Source of the DNA: Macrostomum lignano
Taxonomy: Eukaryota
Direction: 5' to 3'
Assembly: GCA_002269645.1 (NCBI GenBank)
Contig: NIVC01001411.1
Coordinates: 62,001 to 126,000, forward strand
DNA: 64,000 nucleotides
Shown here: positions 1-34,545 of the stretch, in pieces
How the letters are laid out: every line of letters starts with the position of its first letter
Position numbering within the stretch: position 1 is the stretch's first letter
Translations under genes and position numbers: made by a program
Notes under the pieces: generated by a model
Seen by the model: the letters and a program-made list of their open reading frames with translations, nothing else
Told to the model about the DNA's origin: nothing
Databases searched by the model: none

Positions 1-530
1 AAAGTAATTTGGCATCAATTTGAAACAGATAACGGGACCCAAGGGACTGAAGCTGGTAAGGCGTCTGCTCAGAAGAACACTGAACTAAAGATACACATTA
101 CACATCAATAAAATGCCCAGAAAAACACTGCCCGGGCCTGCAAATGGTACTCAGCAAAAAGTGCAGCGATCCTTCTCTATTCTTCATTTTATTTGGCTTT
201 GGCCCCGTGCGGCTATCCGCGGCACGACTCGCCCCATCCGGGTCTACTTGAGATTCCAATATCCGGTTGATGGGGCCGCCCCTCCTTTAGTTCTTTCATC
301 CCGCCGAGGCAGCAGCTGCGGGGCGTGAGCTGCTGTTTATCACCCCGTGAGCATTGAGCTGGGAGCTGCTGGCATGCCTCTGATTGTTCGCACAGGCTGC
401 TGGTGTTCGCTGCCAGTTGGCTCTAATTTTGGGACTGCAGTCAGGCTTTCCAGGCTAAAATATGCCTCAGCACTAGAAAACGGTTGCGATTGTTGGATTC
501 AGAGATTATCATAGTCCGTTGATTTGATGC

Positions 531-3100
531 CTCTAGCTAGCAGTATGCGAACTTGGTGAGCTACAGAATGTCGGGAGTCAAGAGACAGGAGTGACTCTAG
601 CTAGCAGTGTGCGAACTTGGTGAGCTACAGAATGTCGGGAGTCAAGAGACAGGAGTGACTCTAGCTAGCAGTGTGCGAACTTGGTGAGCTACAGAATGTC
701 GGGAGTCAAGAGACAGGAGTGACTCTAGCTAGCAGTATGCGAACTTGGTGAGCTACAGAATGTCGGGAGTCAAGAGACAGGAGTGACTCTAGCTAGCAGT
801 ATGCGAACTTGGTGAGCTACAGAATGTCGGGAGTCAAGAGACAGGAGTGACTCTAGCTAGCAGAGTGCGAACTTGGTGAGCTACAGAATGTCGGGAGTCA
901 AGAGACAGGAGTGACTCTAGCTAGCAGTATGCGAACTTGGTGAGCTACAGAATGTCGGGAGTCAAGAGACAGGAGTGACTCTAGCTAGCAGTGTGCGAAC
1001 TTGGTGAGCTACAGAATGTCGGGAGTCAAGAGACAGGAGTGACTCTAGCTAGCAGTGTGCGAACTTGGTGAGCTACAGAATGTCGGGAGTCAAGAGACAG
1101 GAGTGACTCTAGCTAGCAGTGTGCGAACTTGGTGAGCTACAGAATGTCGGGAGTCAAGAGACAGGAGTGACTCTAGCTAGCACTATGCGAACTTGGTGAG
1201 CTACAGAATGTCGGGAGTCAAGAGACAGGAGTGACTCTAGCTAGCACTATGCGAACTTGGTGAGCTACAGAATGTCGGGAGTCAAGAGACAGGAGTGACT
1301 CTAGCTAGCAGTATGCGAACTTGATGAGCTACAGAATGTCGGGAGTCAAGAGACAGGAGTGACTCTAGCTAGCACTATGCGAACTTGGTGAGCTACAGAA
1401 TGTCGGGAGTCAAGAGACAGGAGTGACTCTAGCTAGCAGAATGCGAACTTGGTGAGCTACAGAATGTCGGGAGTCAAGAGACAGGAGTGACTCTAGCTAG
1501 CACTATGCGAACTTGGTGAGCTACAGAATGTCGGGAGTCAAGAGACACGAGTGACTCTAGCTAGCAGTGTGCGAACTTGGTGAGCTACAGAATGTCGGGA
1601 GTCAAGAGACACGAGTGACTCTAGCTAGCACTATGCGAACTTGGTGAGCTACAGAATGTCGGGAGTCAAGAGACACGAGTGACTCTAGCTAGCACTATGC
1701 GAACTTGGTGAGCTACAGAATGTCGGGAGTCAAGAGACAGGAGTGACTCTAGCTAGCAGAATGCGAACTTGGTGAGCTACAGAATGTCGGGAGTCAAGAG
1801 ACACGAGTGACTCTAGCTAGCACTATGCGAACTTGGTGAGCTACAGAATGTCGGGAGTCAAGAGACACGAGTGACTCTAGCTAGCAGAATGCGAACTTGA
1901 TAAGCTACAGAATGTCGGGAGTCAAGAGACACGAGTGACTCTAGCTAGCACTATGCGAACTTGGTGAGCTACAGAATGTCGGGAGTCAAGAGACACGAGT
2001 GACTCTAGCTAGCACTATGCGAACTTGGTGAGCTACAGAATGTCGGGAGTCAAGAGACAGGAGTGACTCTAGCTAGCAGTGTGCAAACTTGGTGAGCTAC
2101 AGAATGTCGGGAGTCAAGAGACACGAGTGACTCTAGCTAGCAGAATGCGAACTTGGTGAGCTACAGAATGTCGGGAGTCAAGAGACACGAGTGACTCTAG
2201 CTAGCAGTATGCGAACTTGGTGAGCTACAGAATGTCGGGAGTCAAGAGACACGAGTGACTCTAGCTAGCAGTGTGCGAACTTGGTGAGCTACAGAATGTC
2301 GGGAGTCAAGAGACACGAGTGACTCTAGCTAGCACTATGCGAACTTGGTGAGCTACAGAATGTCGGGAGTCAAGAGACAGGAGTGACTCTAGCTAGCACT
2401 ATGCGAACTTGATGAGCTACAGAATGTCGGGAGTCAAGAGACACGAGTGACTCTAGCTAGCAGAATGCGAACTTGGTGAGCTACAGAATGTCGGGAGTCA
2501 AGAGACACGAGTGACTCTAGCTAGCACTATGCGAACTTGGTGAGCTACAGAATGTCGGGAGTCAAGAGACACGAGTGACTCTAGCTAGCAGTATGCGAAC
2601 TTGGTGAGCTACAGAATGTCGGGAGTCAAGAGACACGAGTGACTCTAGCTAGCAGTGTGCGAACTTGGTGAGCTACAGAATGTCGGGAGTCAAGAGACAC
2701 GAGTGACTCTAGCTAGCACTATGCGAACTTGGTGAGCTACAGAATGTCGGGAGTCAAGAGACACGAGTGACTCTAGCTAGCACTATGCGAACTTGGTGAG
2801 CTACAGAATGTCGGGAGTCAAGAGACACGAGTGACTCTAGCTAGCAGAATGCGAACTTGGTGAGCTACAGAATGTCGGGAGTCAAGAGACAGGAGTGACT
2901 CTAGCTAGCAGTATGCCAACTTGGTGAGCTACAGAATGTCGGGAGTCAAGAGACAGGAGTGACTCTAGCTAGCACTATGCGAACTTGATGAGCTACAGAA
3001 TGTCGGGAGTCAAGAGACACGAGTGACTCTAGCTAGCACTATGCGAACTTGATGAGCTACAGAATGTCGGGAGTCAAGAGACAGGAGTGACTCTAGCTAG
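531..3100. repeat. 64-bp minisatellite, about 40 copies
   Basis: Unit CTCTAGCTAGCAGTATGCGAACTTGGTGAGCTACAGAATGTCGGGAGTCAAGAGACAGGAGTGA recurs at 531, 595, 659, 723 and onward. Variation is confined to a few positions and there are no unique spacers. Confidence 0.98.
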
Positions 3101-3340
3101 AATGCAAACATAGTGAGCGACAGGAGCCAAGACTAAGTTTTAAGAACTGCATCTTAGGAATGAAGGTTGGCTCTAACAGTACTTAGGCAGTAGCTAAGGA
3201 GTCTTAGAAGTTCACTTTTCTTGACGGCAATCCTAGTGATATGAGGAAGGTTTGTGCTGCTGCGTGTTAAATGAACACACAGAGTTGAAAGACACTGGGC
3301 AGAGATATTCATTCCGCATCTGTCGAAAGCAAGACTATCT

Positions 3341-3627
3341 TTAATTTACGATTTTCATCTTGTTGAAGATCCCAGAGATTTTCAGGTCGTTGATGTAGGC
3401 GTTGACGCGGAAACGAATTTGGCTGACCGGTCGGTGACTTAAGTGCGGAGTAACTAGGGGAAAAAATTCGCAAAAAGTGTGCCAGCAAATCTGCCAGCGA
3501 TTGCAGCCGGTGAATGATGATTTAACTGTCATAAAAGAGGTTCCTTTTCCCGAATCACCGTTTCAAGACGGATAGCCGTACTGTCTGTTGCCGCGAGAGA
3601 AAGGACACAACGCGGGGCTTATTACGG
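3341..3627 (-). CDS. Possible last two exons of an unidentified gene (3627-3559 and 3437-3341)
   Basis: Acceptor TTTTTTGCCTCAG, a GT donor at 3558 and an AAG acceptor at 3438 are phase compatible and give RNKPRVVSFLSRQQTVRLSVLKRHRPVSQIRFRVNAYINDLKISGIFNKMKIVN*. No family was recognised and the second acceptor is weak. Confidence 0.25.
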
Positions 3628-5264
3628 CTGAGGCAAAAAATCATACCCAACGGCTTTGCTGGCTGAAATTTTATAAAAAGATTTCCATAGCACCGGCCCG
3701 CACTGTGGGGTCGGTGATTGCCGATCTGCAGCAATCTGAAGGCCCAGCCCGCAGGGACTGTAGCGCAGGGCATAAACACTGCACAATCAAGTCAGATGCG
3801 CCGACGAAGGAGAAACTCTCGACACTAAAAATGAATCGAGAATGGAGGCTGTATGGCAAGGCTGCCCCCTGCGCATGTGGGCGAAACACAGGCTAACCAT
3901 GAGGCACGCAATGACCGCCATGCGGTAGACAGCTGAGCCGCCCAAAGACGGTTGGCATGAAACTGTTTTTAAAGAAATCAATTTCACTCGGAATGTCCCA
4001 GATGTCTGCGCGAACACCGGTTCTTCCATGTCAAACCATACCCCTAGTTTAGTCCAGCCCACTACCAAATCAACGAAAGAATCGGAGAGCCAGCGACCGA
4101 CTCCAAGAGAAGAGAAGCGATTGAGACAGCAAAAAAACACGAAAAACAGATGCTCAAATTTCGCTTTGAAGTGCGGCCCGTCTGCGAAGAAAGAGAAGGA
4201 GAAAAATAAACGGAGGAAAGTCGGGTAAGGAAACAGACGGCCGCTGCTCTCTCACAGTCCAGCCAGCTGTGCAGGGCAGCAGGGCTGTGTATTGCTGCTG
4301 CTGCCCACCCCGAACCCAAATAGAGGAGGCGCTCCGCTCTCTCAGCCTGCTGCATGAATTGCAGCGCCGCATGCATCTGGCCGGCTCTGCCCGCCTCACT
4401 CCCTTGATTTCTAGAGAGACTTCTCCTTTCCACTGAGCTGGGACACTGCAGCACAGAGCAGCAGCAGCAGAGGCGGAGCATATCCCGCAGCTGTTGCTTC
4501 TATCTTAACGAGTGGAAGTGCTGAGTCGCCGCTAAATTTCGAGGGGCTCTAAAAGGGTGCTCGTTAAAATCGAGATTGATAGACAGAATTCCAGTCTTTA
4601 ATCCTGTCTTTGTAGAGACAAAGAACAACCGAGTGCCATAAAGTAGCCTCCTACCGACTTAAAAAAGAAGCTTTGAATAATTGAACAGGACTAGAATGAA
4701 TCCAGAGAAAGGCTGAGTGTGGTCCTTGGCCAAGAAAATTGGAATTGGTAAACGGTCCATGACGTTTTGAGCAAACAGAAATCTCGTATTGCCTGTGTAA
4801 TTAATGAAGAGAAAACTCTGACTATCTTGACTAGAAAGTGCACAGAAAATATTCATAATTAGCTCATTTTTCAGTGATTTGCTCACAACGCCAGGCTCCA
4901 GGCCGTCCGAAATCCCATGGCAGGAGACACGAAATTCGCATACTTCGGTTCTATGGCTGGAGATGAGAGATTTGAGCAGTGAGAGTAGAGCACACGTGGT
5001 GTGGATAGAGCAGGTGTGGACTGCTCGGCAGAGAAAAGGAGTGGGGTGGAGCGGGGGAGTGTGTGATTGAGTGGGGAGTGTGGGGTAGAGCTGGAGAGTG
5101 TGGGGTAGAGCAGAGAATGTGGGGCAGAGCGGGGGAGCGTGGGGTAGAGCTGAGGAGTGTGGGGTAGAACAGTGACGCCGTGGGAGGCAAGCTGCTGTAA
5201 AATCAGCCAGGCAACCATCAAAGGAACAGAAAAGACAGGTATTTTATAAAGAAAACTTTTCGTC

Positions 5265-5625
5265 AACCTATCACCCTGTCTATTAACCTGTCCATCAACC
5301 TGTATATCACCCTGTCTATTAACCTGTCCATCAACCTTTGTATATCAACCTGTCTATCAACCTGTCTACTAACCTGTCCATCAACCTGTCTACTAACCTG
5401 TCTTTTAACCTGTCCATCAACCTGTCTATCACCCTGTCTATTAACCTGTCCATCAACCTTTGTATATCAACCTGTCTACTAACCTGTCTATTAACCTGTC
5501 CATCTACCTGTCTATCAACCTGTCTATCACCCTGTCTATCAACCTGTCCATCAACCTGTCTATCACCCTGTCTATCAACCTGTCCATCAAACTGTCCATC
5601 AATCTGTCTATCACTGTCTAACTAT
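5265..5625. repeat. 12-bp minisatellite (TCAACCTGTCYA)
   Basis: Degenerate tandem copies are directly visible. Confidence 0.9.
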
Positions 5626-6280
5626 TTATCTGTATCTAGAGTGCTATCAATATCCCGAACCCTGATGAAGCTTCCAGCTGCACATACCAGTGTGAGGGTC
5701 CGTTGACATGCCACAGCAGATCACAGCAGTCCAACTGCTTTATTACCAGATCCAAACGAAAAAAAGTTCAAGGTTCAGAAGTTCAGTGCCGCCTCTGAAC
5801 CCAAGTCAATTTACGCGAATCAAAAAAGTTATAACGAGGATAAAAAGAAGCTGCGCGGTCCTCTGTGGAGGGTGAAAATGGATATCCTTTTTCTCCCGTT
5901 TCTTCCTTTGCGGCCCCTCCATCCCCAGAGTTGCCAGCCAATCACTTGGCCGCGGCACAAGTTCGACAGAGAGAGGGACGTCTGACCCGGCATCGATAAA
6001 ACTCCTTGTGCGCCTTCTCCCGCTTTTAACCAATTCTAAACTGCGCTGGCTCTGCATCTTATCCCTCGAGCTTCTTCCCCTAGCCGTGTGTGAACGGATC
6101 AAGTTTTGACCTTTATGGGCTGCGAAGAATCTGCACGACACGGAATTCCCGGAAATAACTTTGCCGGTTATTTTTTTCATGAAATTTCATACTTGCAGAC
6201 TAAGTCAGCCAAGAGGGAGGCGGAAGTTCTGGAGGCGAGGATGTCAAATAATCGATTTAGAAAAGCAATGTTTCCTGACG

Positions 6281-6683
6281 CACATGCAGTTTGAGTCATA
6301 GGCAGTCTGGCTCACATGCAGTTTGAGTCATAGGCAGTCTGGCTCACATTCAGTTTGAGTCATAGGCAGTCTGGCTCACATGCAGTTTGAGTCATAGGCA
6401 GTCTGGCTCACATGCAGTTTGAGTCATAGGCAGTCTGGCTCACATGCAGTTTGAGTCATAGGCAGTCTAGCTCACATGCAGTTTGAGTCATAGGCAGTCT
6501 GGCTCACATGCAGTTTGAGTCATAGGCAGTCTGGCTCACATGCAGTTTGAGTCATAGGCAGTCTGGCTCACATGAAGTTTGAGTCATAGGCAGTCTGGCT
6601 CACATGCAGTTTGAGTCATAGGCAGTCCGGCTCACATGCAGTTTGATTCAGAAATAGTCTAGATCACATGCATTTTGAGTCAC
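6281..6683. repeat. 32-bp minisatellite, about 12.5 copies, each with TGAGTCA
   Basis: Unit CACATGCAGTTTGAGTCATAGGCAGTCTGGCT. Confidence 0.97.
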
Positions 6684-7636
6684 GACATCCTATATTTCAG
6701 AGTCAGAGGGCAATAAAAAATTCTCACGAAAAATTTCCAACCAAAATTCGCAGTTCAAATATAATCCGATATTCTTGGCGAGGCTCAGATGACTCAGAGA
6801 GCAAATTGACTGTTGCGCTTTCATAATTTCCTGTTGTTGATTCTATCGGTCTGCAGCGCTGTCGCCTCTGCGCTGCAAAACAAAATACTTCCTTAGTGAG
6901 ACTCTTTTTTCAGCATTTCGCCCGGTGCAGCTGTGTAAGGTTCACAATCTCATAGATTTCCCTACCCAAGGAAAGGGTGCTTCCTGCTTCACTCCGTCAT
7001 TAATTGAGCCATCAAACGATACAACTGATGTGCAAAGTGACATGCAAATCAAATGTCTCATAGGACTTTTCATTGCATACAGAAAATAAAGGGTCATTGA
7101 TGGATCATGGGCGAGTTGAGGTTTAGTTTGCAGGACAAAGTTTTGAAGAGCCCAAGTCCAGGTCCAAGTCGGAAACGGGATCCAGTCCGGGTCTTAATGG
7201 GCGATGTGCATCAAGTTGAGTGCGATGGTGCGATGTGCATTCAGTATTTTGCAAGTGAGCTCCTGCTAAATCCTTGTAGACCCAGCTGCAGTCATGCCGC
7301 AGTCCCCCAGCACTCAGTTTCGTGTGACAGCTCAATTGGGCTAATCTGCTGCTCTCATATCGATGATGTCCAGTTCTGAGGGGGCAACCAAAGCTCAGAG
7401 CCCCTGTTTGTCATTCACAGTCACGCTGGGAGCAAGTGAAGGAGGGACAGCTGAAGTCTCTGTGATTGATAATCTCGGGGAATGAGACAGCTGCTCACGG
7501 ACTGACAGATGGGACGGGGCTCGGGTTCGAGTGCGCAAGAGACTGGTTTGAGAAGATTTTGGGAAGCATTTGGTTGAGAGAGTAGCTATTTCTTGGTACT
7601 CTTAAAGACACTGAGACATGGGAGACAGTAAGACAG

Positions 7637-9695
7637 GCCCTGGGATTCCGGGGCACGCACGAGTACCTTACCCCCTGGATCATGTACATGGTCTCCTATC
7701 GTACTGCCACCTCCCACCTCCTGGGACACTCCCGCTCTGTGGAGGTCCAGAAAGGTGCACCGCAAGGTGGAGTCCTCAGCCCGATTCTCTGGAACTTGGT
7801 CATGGACGAGCTGCTTTGCAGCCCGCATCCGGATCCAGTTCAGAAGGTCGGCTATGCGGACGATGTTACCGCCACTGTGGCTGGACCATCACCCGCGGTC
7901 CTCAGGGACCTCCTCCAAGCCTTCAGCCACCGTGCCGAGCGCTGGGCATATAGCTGCGGTCTCAGGTTCTCTGAGTCTAAAACCGTGGCTATCATGTTCA
8001 CCAGCCGCCGAAACTGGAGGATCGAACCGCTCTTCCTCTATGGCAAACCTGTTGCCATGGAGAACCGAACCAGATGTATGGGCGTCACCCTCGACCACAG
8101 GTTGAGCTGGACCCCACACGTCCAAACCAAAGCCCGCAAAGCTTTCGCGACTCTCGCGCAGATCCGCAAAGCTTTCGGTGCTACCTGGGGCCTCACCCCG
8201 CCGCCTCTGGTGATTTACACTGCCATTGTTAGACCGGCCATCTCCTTCGCCGGCTTCATTTGAAACAGTGCCCTAAAGGTGAAAGGGGTTCTTGAGGTTC
8301 TAAATAGGGTGCAAGGCCGCGCTTGTCGAGCTATCATGAGCGCGGCTCCCTCTACGCCCTTTGCTGGCATGAACTCCTTCCTGGACATTCCCAACCTTAA
8401 GCTCTTTGTCAGAGGGGAGGCAATGAAAACCACCCGTCGTCTGCTTGACGCGGGTGTCCAAATCCAGAAGCAGTTCGCCTTCAGAAAGCGGAACCTCCAG
8501 CCGCACGGCGACCTCAGCCTGCGAGACCTGGAAGCAGCGAGAGGTCTGCTGACCCTCTCGGACGGAATCCCGTCCACGCTCTGCCCTTCGCTCAAATTCA
8601 AAACCAGCATTCCACCACGTCATGAAGCAAGGGACAACTGGAAATACCGTGAAATCCACTGCTTCACTGACGGGTCCCAAATCAACTCCGCCTCTGACTA
8701 CGGCTACTGCATCGCGTTTGGAGGGAGAACTGTGGCGACCTTCTCCCAGCACACCGGCACCTGCTCCACCGTCTTCCAGAACGAAGTTCTCGCCACCAGC
8801 TCCTGTGCCATTGAGCTGTACAATCAGTGAGTCTGAGGGAAAGAGATTTCCCTCCACTTTAACAGTCAAGTCCACGCCCTTGAGCGCACCACTACCTGCT
8901 CGCGTACAGTCCTTGACTTCAACGGGCAGCTCAACCGCTTAGACGCCTCTAACAAGGTGTCCCTAAGGTGGATCCCCGGGCACTCGGACCACCCCGGAAA
9001 CGAGTCTAGCCAAGGCTGTCTCGACCGGTTCTTTTACTGGTCCCCTGCCCGTGGCCCCCACCCCTGCCACCGTTGTCATCACTCAGATCAACCAGTGGGT
9101 GGGAGAGGTGGGCTAATGCCCCCGACTCCACCACGCACCCTGTCGGCAATCCTGCGTCGCGGTCCCCCGTCCTTCCTTCGCCTCAACCGGACTCAAACGC
9201 AGGGACATCAGGGCGGTGACATGGACTGTTTAAACAGAAAAGTGTAGTGGAGAGCAGCAACGCTTAAAATACGGCTAAACTTTCTAAATATGTCTCCGGT
9301 CATGGCTGTTTCGCCAGGCATCGTCAACTCCAGGAAAAATCAGCAGTGAGGAGGCCCATTCTGCCTCTCCGGTGTCGAGAATGCGGAGCACTTCCGGAGC
9401 ACTTCATCTGTGAATGCCCCGCCTTTACTCAGGACAGGCTCACCTACCTCGGCGCTAACCCGGACCTCTCCGACGTTTTCAGACCTGAGAACCTCTGCCA
9501 GTTCGTCCGCTACCGGGCGAGCGACAATCCACCTCCTGGACTCTCCGGAGGGGAACCGCGCTGCGGACACCGGCACCACCGGATCTCCCTGCGCGACACC
9601 GCAGCACCAGCTGCCCGTGGTCACCGGGGTTAGCCGAATGGGCGGCAACGCCTCCTCGCTGCATCCGGATGCACGGAGCCCCTTGCATCTAAGTC
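7637..9695 (+). mobile_element. 5'-truncated, decayed non-LTR retrotransposon of the I group (LOA/Nimb-like): RT, RNase H and C-terminal Cys/His finger
   Basis: RT motifs GAPQGGVLSPILWN and GYADDV; RNase H motifs FTDGS, TVFQNEVLA and WIPGHSDHPGNE; finger region SGHGCFARH...CRECGALPEHFICECPAF. In-frame stops at 8261, 8828 and 8834. Candidate TSD AAGACAG at 7630-7636 and 9696-9702. Confidence 0.9.
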
Positions 9696-10185
9696 AAGAC
9701 AGCAAGAAATGAAAGACAATGTGACTTGAGAGAAAGTGCGACACACGAGACAGTATGATATAAGAGACAGTAAGGAATGAGAGACAGTAAGACATGAAAG
9801 GCAGTGAGACATGAAAGGCAGTGAGACATGAAAGGCAGTGAGACATGAAAGGAAGTGAGACATGAAAGGAAGTGAGACATGAAAGGCAGTGAGACATGAA
9901 AGGCAGTGAGACATGAAAGGTAGTGAGACATGAAAGACGAGAGACAGTAAGACATGTGAGACATGAGAGACCGTGAAATATGAAAGACAGTGAGACATGA
10001 AAGGCAGTGAGACATGAAAGGAAGTGAGACATGAAAGGCAGTGAGACATGAAAGGCAGTGAGACATGAAAGGCAGTGAGACATGAAAGACGAGAGACAGT
10101 AAGACATGTGAGACATGAGAGGCCGTGAAATATGAAAGACAGTGAGACATCAGAGACAGCAAGACATGAGATACAGTGAGACATT
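9696..10185. repeat. 17-bp minisatellite (GACATGAAAGGCAGTGA) with a longer higher-order unit
   Basis: Period 17 (9791, 9808). Related sequence also lies left of the LINE at 7606-7636. Confidence 0.93.
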
Positions 10186-10676
10186 ACGAGCTAAGTACAG
10201 TCCAGCAGAGAAGATAGAAGCTTATATTGCAGCAACCATTATGCTGGCGCATAGCTCAAAAGTTTTTCACATTATTCAATTGTATTTCTAACTGAAAGCA
10301 AAACCTTTACAAAAGAATTCGAACATCAGGCGCTGAAATCGATGTTTAGCAGTTTGCTAAACTCAACAGAGCAGGGCTAAAATCTCGCGCGGCAGCGCAA
10401 TTGGACCTGCGTACTTTTGCTTTAATGTTGCACGAACGAGTGTGCAATCAATATAAATTTTACTATCAGTATAAATTGTACTATCAGTATAAATTGTACA
10501 GTTGTTCCAGTGGACATGGCGGCGTGCTGAGTTGAACAAAAAATCGAATAGCTCGTACTCAAGATATAGCAAACTTTTTAATATACTGTTTGGAATAATA
10601 ACATTGTAGAGCTTGTTGGACGATATAGACGTTAGGCTGAAAACTATTCGCGAAATTGTGAGTAGTAGGGATTCGG

Positions 10677-11222
<546 letters not shown>

Positions 11223-11227
11223 GACTG

Positions 11228-32402
<21,175 letters not shown>

Positions 32403-32903
32403 CCCGGTGGCAACCGATCGAGCTTGGCCGATTTTCGTGGCGGTTGCTTCAGTCCGAGCCTGCCAGAGTCGGCGTGGAGTTTCAGGATGGTGAGGCAGTT
32501 TTGTAAGACACTCCCATTGGCTTTCGGGGCTTTTATATAAGACAGACGAGGGAGAGCGGGGAGGGCGAGAAGAAGCTGGCTGCGCCCGTCGCCATCAGCC
32601 CAATCCCGCAGCTGTGCCAGCGGGGGGTCGCGAGCCCGGCAGATAAGCGGTTGCCGTCGACTCGAACTCTTGTCCGCCATCACTCCGCAGTTCACCCGAG
32701 CGGCAACAGAAAATCACAGAGAGCACTGCAGCTTTTAGCTTACAGACTGCCTTGTCTTTGGCTTTCGATGCAATTGGCTGGCTATTTCTTGGAGAGCTCT
32801 TGACCTCTGCTTTTGTCCGCTGCTGCCGCTTGTCTTTACAGGCACTCATCTCACTGTGCCTTGAGGACTGCAAGCCTGCGTCTGTGTTTCAGCTCCTGTG
32901 CTC

Positions 32904-33487
32904 TGAGATCTCTCTTTCAATCTCTCCTGAGATCTCTCTTTCAATCTCTCCTGAGATCTCTCTTTCAATCTCTCCTGAGATCTCTCTTTCAATCTCTCCT
33001 TGAGATCTCTCTTTCAATCTCTCCTGAGATCTCTCTTTCAATCTCTACTGAGATCTCTCTTTCAATCTCTCCTGAGATCTCTCTTTCGATCTCTCCTTGA
33101 GATTTCTCTTTCAATCTCTCCTTGAGATCTCTCTTTCAATCTCTCCTGAGATCTCTCTTTCGATCTCTCCTTGAGATCTCTCTTTCAATCTCTCCTGAGA
33201 TCTCTCTTTCAATCTCTCCTTGAGATCTCTCTTTCAATCTCTCCTGAGATCTCTCTTTCAATCTCTCCTGAGATCTCTCTTTCAATCTCTCCTGAGATCT
33301 CTCTTTCAATCTCTCCTGAGATCTCTCTTTCAATCTCTCCTTGAGATCTCTCTTTCAATCTCTCCTGAGATCTCTCTTTCAATCTCTCCTTGAGATCTCT
33401 CTTTCAATCTCTCCTGAGATCTCTCTTTCAATCTCTCCTTGAGATCTCTCTTTCAATCTCTACTGAGATCTCTCTTTCAATCTCTCA
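32904..33487. repeat. 24/25-bp minisatellite (GAGATCTCTCTTTCAATCTCTCCT)
   Basis: About 24 copies upstream of the protocadherin ATG. Confidence 0.96.
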
Positions 33488-33994
33488 GAATAGCCCTCCC
33501 ATTCCATGAGATTAATTTTTGTACAACACCGCATTGTACTTGGGCTGGCCACTCGAACCGACCCGGGTTACGACAACACCACAAAAGTTTTACATTACTT
33601 CTGTTGATAAAAAGGTGGAGAGCAAGCCTCAGCATTCATTTCGCACTAATTTGCCTCTGCATATTTTGCAGGTGCTTTCGCCAAGCCTGTAATTATCTAA
33701 GAAGGTAAACCAGTAACCAGAATCTTGCGGAGTTTGCGCGGCCGTTCCGAGTCTTGGGAATTTTATCCCTGTTCTTAGCGGACCCTCAGTAGATGGAAAT
33801 TAAAAGGAAAAATCAAAGGTAAACACGATATCTCAGACGCTGAGCTCTTTTTCTGTTTCGATTTCTGTCTTTCCACCTCCGCTGCTTTTTGTCTGGCCGA
33901 TACTCTGCTCTTTGTCTGCTTTCGTCTGCCTGTTTGCTTTGACTCACCGTCTTCCAGAGTTTGTTTTCCTTCTTTATCTCTCTCTCTATCTCGA

Positions 33995-34545
33995 CCTAAC
34001 TTCCCCATCTTCCCTCTCTTCCCCTCTCTTCACCTCTCTCCCCGGCCCTCTCTTCTTTCTCTTCCTTCACTACTTTTCTCTTCACCTCTCTCCCCTCTCT
34101 TCCCCTGTCTTCCCCTCTCTTCCCTCTCTTCCCCTCTCTTCTACTCTCTTCCCTCTCTTCCCTCTCTTCCCCTCTTTCCCCTCTCTTCCCTCTCTCCCCC
34201 TCTCTTCCCTATCTTCCCCTCTTTCCCCTCTCTTCCCTCTCTTCCCCTCTCTTCCCTCTCTTCCCCTCTCTTCCCTATCTTCCCCTCTTTCCCCTCTCTT
34301 CCCTCTCTTCCCCTCTCTTCCCTATCTTCCCCTCTTTCCCCTCTCTTCCCTCTCTTCCCCTCTCTTCTCTCTCTTCCCCTCTCTCCCATCTCTCCCATCT
34401 CTTCCCTCTCTTCCCCTCTCTTCTCTCTCTTCTCTCTCTTTCAACTCTTCCCTCTCTTCCCTCTCTTCTCTCTCTTCTCTCTCTTTCAATTCTTCTCTCT
34501 CTTCCTTCACTACCCCTTCTCTTCTTCCTCTCTTCCCATCGCTCC
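33995..34545. repeat. Polypyrimidine low-complexity tract
   Basis: CTCTTCCC-type repeats. Confidence 0.9.

Noticed and set aside
531-3100. CRISPR-like array
   Set aside because: Units are contiguous with no unique spacers, there are no cas genes, and the context is eukaryotic.
4028-4481. Basic ORF ending at a GTAAG donor, and overlapping ORFs
   Set aside because: No family was recognised, and the nearest acceptor gives a 33-nt intron and an early stop.
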